A stretch of 64,000 bases of DNA from Octopus vulgaris (lineage: Eukaryota), in contig OX597823.1 of assembly GCA_951406725.2 (NCBI GenBank), positions 19,716,001 to 19,780,000 on the forward strand, given 5' to 3'. The translations under genes and the position numbers were made by a program. Shown piece by piece: positions 25,317-36,562 of the stretch (positions are counted from its first letter, which is position 1; each line of letters begins with the position of its first letter). A model generated the notes under the pieces. The model saw only the letters and a list, made by a program, of their open reading frames with translations, was not told where the DNA came from and did no database searches.

Positions 25317-25999
25317 ATATATATATATATATATGCGCGTGTGTGTTTGTGTGTCTGTGTTTGTCCCCCTAGTATTGCTTAACAACCGATGCTGGTGTGT
25401 TTATGTCCCCGTTACTTAGCGGTTCGGCAAAAGAGACCGATAGAATGAGTACTGGGCTTACAAAACTGTTGTGGCGGACTCCCCCTTGTGAGAAGTGGGC
25501 TGGTCCACTACTAATAAATGGTGGACTAACACAGTCAGTAGTGTCGGCCGGCGAGGGTACGTCGTTCGGACCAGGGGTCGAGTTGCTCTATTAAAGGCGG
25601 TGCTCCAGCATGGCCGCAGTCAAATAACTGGAACAGGTAAAAGAGTAAAAGAGAGTAAAAGAGTACACCGTCACACAATCACACACGGAAATGTATGAAT
25701 GGCTGATAAAGAGCTTGACACCACGTCTTATGCAGCGTACGTGCTATCTAACGGTTTCATGTTGCTAGGTGAATAAACCGAGAAAATCTTCTTGCGGTTT
25801 CCAGGTAATATCACATATATTTGAGTGAGTTGACCTTTAAGCAAATATGATTATATGACACGTTAGCTGCGTAGCTCTTTGCTCTTTACTTTACAAGAGA
25901 TTAGTGTTGTTATAAATTAATAACTTGAAATACAATCTTTGTTGGGCTCGGTGTGATGGTTGCTTGTATTTTATTGTATGAAATTAAAAACTGAGGTTA

Positions 26000-26371
26000 T
26001 ATGTATGAATGTACGTACGTGCGCGTGTGTGTGTGTTTGTATGTATGTATGTATGTATGTATGTATGTATGTATGTATGTATGTATGTATGTATGTATGT
26101 ATGTATGTGTGTGTATGTATGTATGTATGTATGTATGTATGTATTTATGTATGTATGTATGCATGTATTTATGTACGTACGAGCACATGTGTGTGTGTGT
26201 ATGTGTGTATGTATGTATGTATGAATGTACGTACGTGCACATGTGTGTGTGTATGTATGTTTGTATGTATGTATGTATGTATGTATGCATGTATACATGT
26301 ATGTATATATATGTATATATATATGTATGTATATGTGTCTGTCTATTTGTCTGCCTATGTGTCTAGGTATG

Positions 26372-26416
<45 letters not shown>

Positions 26417-26478
26417 GTGTCATATATGTATGTATATGTGTCTGTCTATTTGTCTGTCTGTGTCTAGGTATGTGTGTC

Positions 26479-26548
<70 letters not shown>

Positions 26549-26562
26549 CATCCGACAAACCA

Positions 26563-26601
<39 letters not shown>

Positions 26602-26630
26602 CTATCTATCTATCCAACAAACCCTCTCTT

Positions 26631-26700
<70 letters not shown>
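26000..26700. repeat. (ATGT)n/(ATCT)n compound microsatellite
   Basis: Direct repeats. Confidence 0.92.
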
Positions 26701-26702
<2 letters not shown>

Positions 26703-27184
26703 ATGTGTTCAGTGCATTCAAGGTGTGGCACATGTAAACCGGCATTTAAGCGTATCTTGTATCATAAATATAAACTTACAACCAGCATGCGTACATATAT
26801 GTATATATGCGTGTTTATACACACGCACACACACACACACACACACGTGATACATATGTATAAGTACCTATATCTCTATGTGTGTACGTCTGTATGCGTG
26901 CATAGATATGTGTTAGTGTGTGTTAGAGTGTGTGTGTATGTATATAATATAGATATATTTATTTTTCAAAATTTTACAAAAACACGACAAAATTTTACAA
27001 ATACATAACTGTTGTGGCAGACGCCCCCTTGTGAGAAGTGGCCTGGTCCACTACTAATAAATGGTGGACAAACACAGTCAGTAGAGTCGGCCGGCGAGGG
27101 TACGTCGTTCGGACCGGTCTCGCAGAGACGACGAAATACATTGTCATCATGGGACACAATAGTGGCGACGAGGATTCGGACAAT

Positions 27185-27567
27185 GGAAGCACTCCGTCGG
27201 TTACGACGACGAGGGTTCCGGTTGATCCGAATCAACGGAACAGCCTGCTCGTGAAATTAACGTGTAAGTGGCTGAGCACTCCACAGACACGTGTACCCTT
27301 AACGTAGTTCTCGGGGATATTCAGCGTGACACAGAGAGTGACAAGGCCGGCCCTTTGAAATCAAGGTACAACAGAAACAGGAAGTAAGAGTGAGAGAAAG
27401 TTGTGGTGAAAGAGTAGAGCAGGGATCACCACCATCCCCTGCCGGAGCCTCGTGGAGCTTTAGGTGTTTTCGCTCAATAAACACTCACAACGCCCGGTCT
27501 GGGAATCGAAACCGCGATCCTATGACCGCGAGTCCGCTGCCCTAACCACTGCCCATTGCGCCTCCAC
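27185..27567 (-). mobile_element. tRNA-derived SINE, family C
   Basis: Head GGAGGCGCAATGG.CAGTGGTTAGGG..GGTTTCGATTCCC; copies at 27921-28222, 34037-34319, 35121-35499, 54862-55124 and 55549-55909. Confidence 0.88.
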
Positions 27568-28250
27568 TATTCGGACAATATCGCCACTGATACAACAAAA
27601 ACAAACAGAAAATTAATAGCTTACTCTTCATCAGTTAACCTCCCAAAGATCATTAGAATTTCGCACCTTTAACGTTGACACCACGCTCTATTGATTGGAA
27701 TTCTACTGTGCTTGTGCGTTTCTATTTGAATAACAGTTTTAATCTCATAAGTAGTTTGTATTCCTAATCTTTCGTTCGTCTTAGAAACAAAATTACGAGA
27801 CTTTAATAATGTAGATACAAACAGAACCACTTGACTCTTGAATAAGGGCCAATGGGCTTAACATACACAAAGGTGTTGTTTGGATTCTCATCGGTTTCCA
27901 GTTTGTAGATATTCGATAGGTGGAGGTGCAATGGCCCAGTGGTTAGGGTAACGGACTCGCGGTCGGAGGATCGTGGTTTCGATTCCCAGACCGGGCGTTG
28001 TGTGTGTTTATTGAGCGAAAACACCTAGAAGCTCCACGATGTTCCGGCAGGGGGTGGTGGCGATCCCTGTTGTACTCTTTCGCCTCAAATTTCTCTCATC
28101 TCTCTCTCCCTGTTTCTTGAGTAACGCTGTGATGGACTGGCGTCCCGTCCAACTGGGGGGACACACATACGTCACAGAAACCGAGAAACCGGGCCCATGA
28201 GCCTAGCTAGGCTTGAAAAGAGCAACTATCATCTCTAGCAGACGATGTGT

Positions 28251-28301
28251 CCAGTACTGAGGAGTGGCAGAAATAACCTAAAGCAACGACTGGTCTACTG
28301 G
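28251..28301 (+). ncRNA. HHR-like motif lacking an intact GAAA
   Basis: CCAGTA-CTGAGGA-GTGGC..GCAAC-GACTGGTC-TACTGG. Confidence 0.55.
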
Positions 28302-29136
28302 TCCCGTCCCTAGGAGATGGTAGGGATTCGCGCCCTTGTTCCCAATTTTATCGGATGCAGCCGTGCATCGTTAACCAGCTTGAGATGTCCTCTTGGGGTT
28401 AAAAAAGCGCAGTAGAGTCATATCCTTCATATCGGCAATCTAGTGTCGTTTTAAGTTACATTCATTTACACATATTGCTAAGATACGCACAAAAATATAC
28501 TGTACATAATTTTTAAAAAACTGAACACGATGGATACAAACATTTTCTCTCGCTTAGTACTTATAGAGAAACATGCACATAAACAGAGAAGGAGAGAGGG
28601 CGAGAACGAGAGGACTCTTAATATGTGGGATGCATTAAAATGTTTGATGTCAGAAAAGTCAGCGTCTAACCAGCGACGCAAAATAGGCGGCGCCAAAGCG
28701 GCTGTGCCAAATGTCTTATTCTCAGGTTCGAAGGGGATTTGGTTGCTTTTACTTAACCTGTTTTTTTTAGAAATCATTCCTGAGAGTTGGAAAATAACAT
28801 ATAGTTTGGGGATGCTCATTTCTAGTTTCTGAATATATATGGTGGACATATATACAGACAGCTTTTACCGAAAGCGCTCGCACACTCTACGGAAAAGACT
28901 TCTTCAAAAAAAAAAAAAAAGATGTTAGTAACATTCCGATAAACGATTTAAAAAAAAAATACTCTTCGTACTTCAAAGGTGTATTAAACAATTTTCAGAA
29001 AGACTTTCAAATATATATATATTATAATGGTATTTTAATATAAGCTTAAAGCTTGAAGCTTATGGCGATCACCGTGCAATGACTAAGGAAAACAGTCTAA
29101 TAAAGGGTCTCGGCAGAAAAAGGATGCTTTCCTATC

Positions 29137-29207
<71 letters not shown>

Positions 29208-29578
29208 TTAGGGAATAAATCCAAACTTACAGGGAAAAATTAGATTTAGGATTAAATCCAATTTTATAGTATAAATATATTATATTATATTATATTATAT
29301 TATATTAGAGATAAAACCACTATTAGGCAAATCAAACAGTGAAAAACATAAGCCAATACATAAAATTAATTTAAAAATATAAAAGTTAAAAATAAAAAAT
29401 TATTTAAATAATTTAAACTTCTAAATTTTATAAATTTTATATATATATACAAATATATATATATGTATGTATGTATATTTTTATATTTATATATTATTTT
29501 GTTAATTTATTTATTTAAAAAAAATGTATATATCAAAAGTATTAAATAGTGGTTTTATCTCTAATTTAATATAATATA

Positions 29579-29641
<63 letters not shown>

Positions 29642-29756
29642 GTAGCCACTTTAACATGGCCGTCTGTTCGAGCGGACTCTACTACATCTCCTCAAGCTGA
29701 TTAACGATGAAATTGGGAACAAGGGAGCGAACCCCTACCATTTCCTAGCGACGGAA

Positions 29757-29807
29757 CCAGTAGACCAGTCGTGGCTTTAGGTTATTTCTGCCACTCCTCA
29801 GTACTGG
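29757..29807 (-). ncRNA. Second copy of the HHR-like motif lacking an intact GAAA
   Basis: CCAGTA-CTGAGGA-GTGGC..GCCAC-GACTGGTC-TACTGG. Confidence 0.55.
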
Positions 29808-30046
29808 ACACCTCGTCTGCTAGAGATGATAGCTGCTCGCCTCTGCACGCAATATATATATATATATATATTTCAAGCGAACACACATTCGCTGATTTTG
29901 CCACAAACAAAAATGCTAGTTCTGAAGTCTCTCTAAGAGATCAACGCAATAGTTGTACTAACAAGTAATATTCGTAGCCACTTTCATATGGCTGTCCGTT
30001 CAAGCGGAGTCTACTGCGATTTTTTTTTACCCCAAGAGGACATCTA

Positions 30047-30790
30047 TATAGGAAAGATAAAATTGAAAATGCACTGGGAATAGTTAAAATATTATTATCG
30101 TATTTAAAGGTTTAACCGGTTTCACAGCTTACACTGATTTTCAAAAGTTTGAAATAGAAAGACGTGGCTTATGTCACAGCTGTTTTGCTTCTGTCTAGTG
30201 TTTGAAGTTTGGTCTGTTTTTATAGGGAGTTCATAGTTCAAATCAGTATGTCTTGAATAGGTTTTGATTGGTAGAGGATAGTCATATGACTAGTTTCCCG
30301 CTAGTCCGTGTTTTAGTATCAAGTGACAGTGTTTGGCGTCGTAAGTTAATGCTGACACGGTTGACTGAACAAGTCTAGTGGTAGCACTAAACAGTCAAGT
30401 TTTCTGAAAGCTTTCTGTCAAGTGTTTGTAGAGATTGAACACGTGATTAAACTTAGGATCGGTTGTACGTTTCCCGCTACGTTAGTGTTACGTGTCAGTA
30501 AATTTTGCGCCTAAAATGAAAGCTGATACGGTTGCGTGAACATGTTTAGTTACAATCAAGGTACTCCAAATTTAATCTCTGGTTGGAGAGTAGACAGGAG
30601 TCGTTTGTATGTCCAGTGGCTAAAGTTTAGGTTGTTAGTTGTGTAGGTTCCTCATGTTAAGTGTCAGTACGAGTTTTGCATGTGAATAGTTATTTGTGTA
30701 TGAACTTTGTTAAAGTTTGTTAAGTCTGGGTTTGTACTTTTGTACAAATTCAAATTAGGACAGATTTTTACCGTAAAAATTTACTTTACA
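30047..30790 (-). mobile_element. PLE 3' end with UUGAAAA-core HHR at 30110-30148
   Basis: ORF end FVQKYKPRLNKL* resembles FIAKFSPKLNG* of the 59-kb element; LTR is an inverted homologue of 31100-31370. Confidence 0.65.
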
Positions 30791-30836
30791 TGTTCTTCAA
30801 GGAATTTACATACATACACACAATTGTATATATATG

Positions 30837-30877
<41 letters not shown>

Positions 30878-30904
30878 CTATACTATATATATATATATAT
30901 ATGA

Positions 30905-31400
30905 TATATGTATAACAAATACGAGACCCCAGTACTAGACAGATTCCACTGAGTGGATACATAGACATATGTACAAAAAAATAAGTCCCTTAAATTCCAG
31001 CTCTTCTCACTTTGTTCAGTGAATACCACTGATGAAGCTCAGATAAACAAAGAGAATACTTTCATACAAACACACTGGCGTAGAAGGGAACCTACAAAAA
31101 TGTCTAAGACTAGTCATGTGACTATCCTCTACCAATCAAAACCTATTCAAAACATATACTAATTTGAGCCATGAACTCCCTACAAAAATAAGGCGAGCAT
31201 CAAACACTAGACAGAAGCAAAACAGCTGTGGCATAATCCACTTCTTTCTATTTCAAATTTTTGAAAATCAATGTAAACTGTGAAACCGGTTAAAGCTTTA
31301 AATATGATAATAAGAAATATTGTAACTATTGACAGTGCATTTTCAACTTCCATTTTTCTTATATTTCTACCCGCGTAGAATAAAATAACTTTGTTTTCTA
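30905..31400 (+). mobile_element. PLE (Neptune-type) GIY-YIG C-terminal fragment plus LTR with UUGAAAA-core HHR at 31255-31295
   Basis: QIRDPSTRQIPLSGYIDIC...KFQLF aligns by eye with HIRQEELRKIPLSTHLATC..KFKIF. Confidence 0.7.
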
Positions 31401-31456
31401 CATACATACATACATACATACATACATACAATTGTATATATGTATGTGTATATATG

Positions 31457-31531
<75 letters not shown>

Positions 31532-31532
31532 G

Positions 31533-31826
31533 CCGAGACCCCCTCGGTCATGACTGACCATGGGATTGCACCTAGAAAGTTACCCTCCAGGAACAAGTCC
31601 CAGGCAAGGTTGTTTATGGACGACCAGCAGTCGTCCATACATACCGGCTTCCCCTCTCCACGCCACCAGTGTTATCCAAGGGAAAGGCAAAGGTCGATAC
31701 GGCCTGGAACCTGTGACGTCGCAACTCATTTCTACAGCTGAGTGAACTGGAGCAACGTGAAATAAAGTGTCTTGCTCAAGAACACAACACGCAGCCCGGT
31801 CCAGGATTCGAATTCACAACCTGACG
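31533..31826 (-). mobile_element. CORE-type SINE, family D; fuller copy at 51161-51503
   Basis: TTGTGTTCTTGAGCAAGACACTTTA CORE-like motif and a shared tail. Confidence 0.8.
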
Positions 31827-31994
31827 ATATATATATATAGTACAAAGTAAGATAGGGGTTATGGGTGTAACCCGCTATGGGATATTATCTGTATTTGTAT
31901 TATTATCTTACCTATTGATTTATATAATATTTTTGTATGCTTTTGATGTTCTCATTTGTAAAATGAATAAATAATCCAACATTTTTCTTATTTG

Positions 31995-32088
<94 letters not shown>

Positions 32089-32129
32089 CATTGCAGCGTG
32101 GAAGACTCAAGTTAGAAATGCACAAAGAC

Positions 32130-32362
32130 CATTAGCCATTCAGAAATGCACAAAGACCGTTAACTTTAACTTCACTTAAAGATTTGTTTGTAATATGGTG
32201 TCAAAATTTTCGTCGCTCAAAAATAGCAACCTGTTCACTGACAAAACACACTTTTTTAATTAGCAAACCAGGTCGCTGTTTCGAACGACGAACATTTTGT
32301 TGCCATATTGCAAATACATGTTTAAGTGGAGTTAACGGTCTTTGTGCATTTCTGAATGGCTA
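32130..32362. mobile_element. Fold-back/MITE palindrome
   Basis: TAGCCATTCAGAAATGCACAAAGACCGTTAACT vs AGTTAACGGTCTTTGTGCATTTCTGAATGGCTA; imperfect arms of about 100 bp. Confidence 0.7.
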
Positions 32363-32390
32363 GAATGTATTCCGTCTACGTTCCCCGCAA

Positions 32391-32535
<145 letters not shown>

Positions 32536-33743
32536 CTGTGTGTGTGTTTGTTTGTCCTGGCATCACCGCTTGACAACTGGTGTTGGTGTGTTTACGTCCG
32601 TCCCCGTAACTTAGCGGTTTGGTAAATGAGACCGATAGAATAAGTACTACGCTTAAGAAATAAGTCCTGGCGTCGATCTATTCAGTAAAAAAAAACCCTT
32701 CATCGCAGTGCTCCAGCATGGCCGCAGTCAAATGACTGAAACATGCAAAATAAAAGAATATATATATATATGTATGTATGTACGTATGTGTGAGCGTGTA
32801 TGTGTGTGTGTGTGCGCGCGAGTGTGTGTGTGCGTGTGCGTGTGTGTGTGTGAGTACTGTTGTTAAAAAAGCTCACTTTTGCCCCCCACCCGTTATAGAT
32901 TCGATCTCCAAAGTAGCTCAACTTGCTAAAAATAACCATAAAAGCCCCCTCTTATGAGTCACACTCTTAATCTAGTGGACGCATTCGATGATACTCTTTA
33001 ATAGAGACGCATGAACGCTTCTGGATCGTCTTTGATCATAGGTCTGTTTAAACAGGGATGACCTGGGGCTAAACAACATCAATAACAACAGCAACAACAA
33101 TGACACCGTTTGTTATCTCGCCTAAACAGTTCAAGCTTACAAAGATAATGAGTTGGGGGGGGGGGAATGGTGCGTGTGTGGTGGTTGTGGCAGTAGTGGG
33201 AAGAAGGGAGGTGTCGAGGAGTTGCTTTAAGATAAATGGCAAACGTTAAACGATTTCGTTGACACCGCCACCGCTTCCCAACGTTAGCATTGCTATCGAC
33301 TCCAGCGGCGCCGTTGACATAAGAGTTGGAGTGGAGTGGAGTGGTATGATGTCGATGTGGCATGGAGTAGGTACTGGGAGGTGTACTGGCGGTGAGAAAA
33401 GGTGGGCTGAGGTCATCGGTGATCGGAGATGACATCGTTCTGATAGTGACAGTGGCAGAGGAGGGAACGGAACGTTTATGTCAGAGAATGAGAAGGGGGT
33501 TGGAGTTTGTTGTCGGGGGTGGGGGTGGCAGTAGGGGTAGATTGATATTGGCAGGAGGTGGGGTGGGGTGGCGGTATTGAACACCCATGTGGGGTTTTCT
33601 AGTGTGTGTGTCTGGAAGGAAGTGTCATATATGAGTGCCATCTGCTTTGTCGCGTGGATATCTGGATAAGAGCTTGAAGTAGGTTCGTGCCTCAGTGTGT
33701 GTGGCTGCATATGTGCGCGCGTGCGCCTGTGATATATATATAA

Positions 33744-33784
<41 letters not shown>

Positions 33785-33971
33785 GTGTGTAGTATTGCGT
33801 GATATTGTACAGTAGTAGATATCTGCGTAATGTTATAGGTTTTGCAATCATCTTCGAACGTTTGTGATTCAATTTGATAATCGGGTCATTCAAAATCGCG
33901 AAAAAAATCAGCGCCAAGAAGTTAGTCATTCGAATTCGCTTTTCGATCAAATTCGTTTTTCGGTCATCGTA

Positions 33972-35610
33972 CTATGAATTGATCCACGTGAACTGAAGCT
34001 AGATTTACTACACACTCTCGACGATTAATCGTATGTGGAGGCACATGGCCTAGTGGTTAGAAGGGGTCGCGGTCGGGGGATCGCGGGTTCGAATCTCAGA
34101 CCGGGCGATGTGTGTGTTTATGAGCGAAACACCTAAGCTCCACGCGGCTCCGGCAGAAGGTAATAACGGTGAACTTCTGCTGACTCTTTCGCCACAACTT
34201 TCTCTCACTCTTTCCTCCTGCATCTTGCAGTTCACCTGCGACGGACCGGCGTCCCGTCCAGGTGGGGAACCTACACGCCAAGGAAACCGGCCCTTATGAG
34301 CCAGGAATGGCTCGAGAAGGATTAATCGTATGTAGTAAAGATTATCATAAATAGACCTGTTGAAAATCGCACTAGTCTCCACGCTCCCGACTATACCGCT
34401 AACGACAAACGGAATCTTAAGATTTGCGTTTCTAAGAGTTATGGGACTGAAAATTTCGATGATAGACTTTTGCTCGCATCCTTTCTCAATACCTTCTGCA
34501 AGGTACAATTCTGGTTTTGTGGTCAAGCGTGACCATAAGTTATTGTGTGCCTATAATGGCAGTGAGCTGGCAGAATCGTTAGCACACCAGGCGAAATGTT
34601 TAGCGGTATTTCATCTGCCGTTACGTTCTGAGTTCAAAATCCGCAGAGGTCGACTTTGCCTTTCATCCTTTCGGAGTTGATAAATTAAGTACCAGTTACG
34701 CACTGGGGTCGATATAATCGACTTAATCCGTTTGTCTGTCTTTGTCCTTTCTGTGTTTAGCCCCTTTTGGGTAGTAAAGAAATAGGTATTTCGTCTACCG
34801 CTACGTTCTGAGTTAAAATTCCGCCGAGGTCAATTTGCCTTTCATCCTATCGGGGGTCAATAAATTAAGTACCAGTTACGCACTGGGGTTGATGTAATCG
34901 ATTTAATCCCTTTGTCTGTCCTTGTTTGTCCCCTCTATGTTTAGCCCCCTGTGGGCAATAAAGAAATAAAGATGTTCTCACCCGACCGTTTAGATTTTCT
35001 CTCTGACTCTCAAACATTAGCAAAGCTGTATTTTTTATTGATTACGCTGTGCAAATTTCAGCTATCGCCATCTTGTGTGTTTATGTTACAAATGTCGTTA
35101 GGAGTATAGTGAGGAGCAGTGGAGGCGCAATGGCCCAGTGGTTAGGGCAGTGGACTCGCGGTCGTAGGATCGCGGTTTCGATTCCCAGACCGGGCGTTGT
35201 GAGTGTTTATTGAGCGAAACACCTAAAGCTCCACCAGGCTCCGGCAGGGATGGTGGTGATCCCTGCTGTACTCTTTCACCACATCTTTCTCTCACTCTTA
35301 CTTCCTGTTTCTGTTGTACCTGTATTTCAAAGGGCCGGCCTTGTCACTCTCTGTGTCACGCTGAATATCCCCGAGAACTACGTTAAGGGTACACGTGTCT
35401 GTGGAGTGCTCAGCCACTTACACGTTAATTTCACGAGCAGGTGTTCCGTTGATCGGATCAACCGGAACCCTCGTCGTCGTAACCGACGGAGTGCTTCCAC
35501 ATAGTGAGGACCGCGGAGACAGGTCTTTTTATGATAATCTTTACTGCATACGATTAATCGTCGAAAGTGGGCAGTAAATCTAGCTTCAGTTCACTTGGAT
35601 CAATTCATAG
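33972..35610. mobile_element. Non-autonomous DNA transposon with inverted termini of about 90 bp, containing nested SINEs
   Basis: CTATGAATTGATCCA.GTGAACTGAAGCTAGATTTACT at the left, reverse complement at 35519-35610; left arm split by a SINE C with a 14-bp TSD GATTAATCGTATGT. Confidence 0.65.
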
Positions 35611-35615
35611 GGGTA

Positions 35616-35786
35616 GGAGTGGCTGTGTGGTATGTAACTTGCTTTCCAACCACATGGTTCCGGGTTCAGTCCCACTGCGTGGCACCTTAGGCAAGTGTCT
35701 TCTACTATAGCCTCGGGTCGACCAAAACCTTGTGAGTGGATTTGGTAGACGGAAACTGAAAGAAGCCTGTCGTATATATGTATATG

Positions 35787-35836
<50 letters not shown>

Positions 35837-36055
35837 TCCTCCCAACATCGCTTCACAACCGATGATTAAACACACCAACATCGCTTGACAACCGATGCTG
35901 GTGTGTTTGCGTCCCCGTCACTTAGCGGTTCGGCAAAAGAGACCGATAGAATAAGTACTAGGCTTACAAAGAATAAGTCCTGGGGTCGATTTGCTCGACT
36001 AAAGGCGGTGCTCCAGCATGGCCGCAGTCAAATGACTGAAACAAGTAAAAGAGAG
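35616..36055 (+). mobile_element. Full-length SINE B; another copy at 41285-41700 (-)
   Basis: Head, internal microsatellite and tail all present. Confidence 0.88.
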
Positions 36056-36462
36056 AGAAGAGAATGTTTTCGTTTTTCTCATTATTTTCCGAAGTGTCAA
36101 TGTCTACGCCTGTCTTTGTAATTGCATCTACTTATTTAATTGTTATCATTTCTGTTTTGTTAGTTTGCTATTTTGTGTTAACGTTCGTGTTTTTCTTTTT
36201 ACAATTTTCAACAAAATTTTCTTCTAAAATCTTGGTGGGGTGTACGCTGTGACCGACTTTGCTGTTAGTACCTCTTACCACAACCCTAAACAAAGTGTTT
36301 ATAGTGTTAACAACAACAACAACTGCAACAACAAATTGTATTACTGGCACATGGAGCCTTACGTACAAATTGCACACGACACATGACGGACACAAAAATG
36401 TGTGTGGAAGGACAAAACAGAGTAATGTAAAAATGAGGGGAGGTTTAAGATATTGTACATTG

Positions 36463-36562
36463 NNNNNNNNNNNNNNNNNNNNNNNNNNNNNNNNNNNNNN
36501 NNNNNNNNNNNNNNNNNNNNNNNNNNNNNNNNNNNNNNNNNNNNNNNNNNNNNNNNNNNNNN
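36463..36562. other. Assembly gap (100 N)
   Basis: Run of N. Confidence 0.99.

Larger units (their letters stand above)
23195..25317 (-). mobile_element. 5'-truncated Penelope-like element (Naiad-type) inserted in (TA)n
   Basis: RT+GIY-YIG ORF, 3' LTR with HHR, (TA)n on both sides. Confidence 0.85.

Noticed and set aside
27921-27995. tRNA-like sequences at SINE heads
   Set aside because: No complete cloverleaf; they continue into SINE bodies, so they are not tRNA genes
31029-31035. CTGATGA heptamer
   Set aside because: Lies within the GIY-YIG coding remnant, with no GAAA or stems
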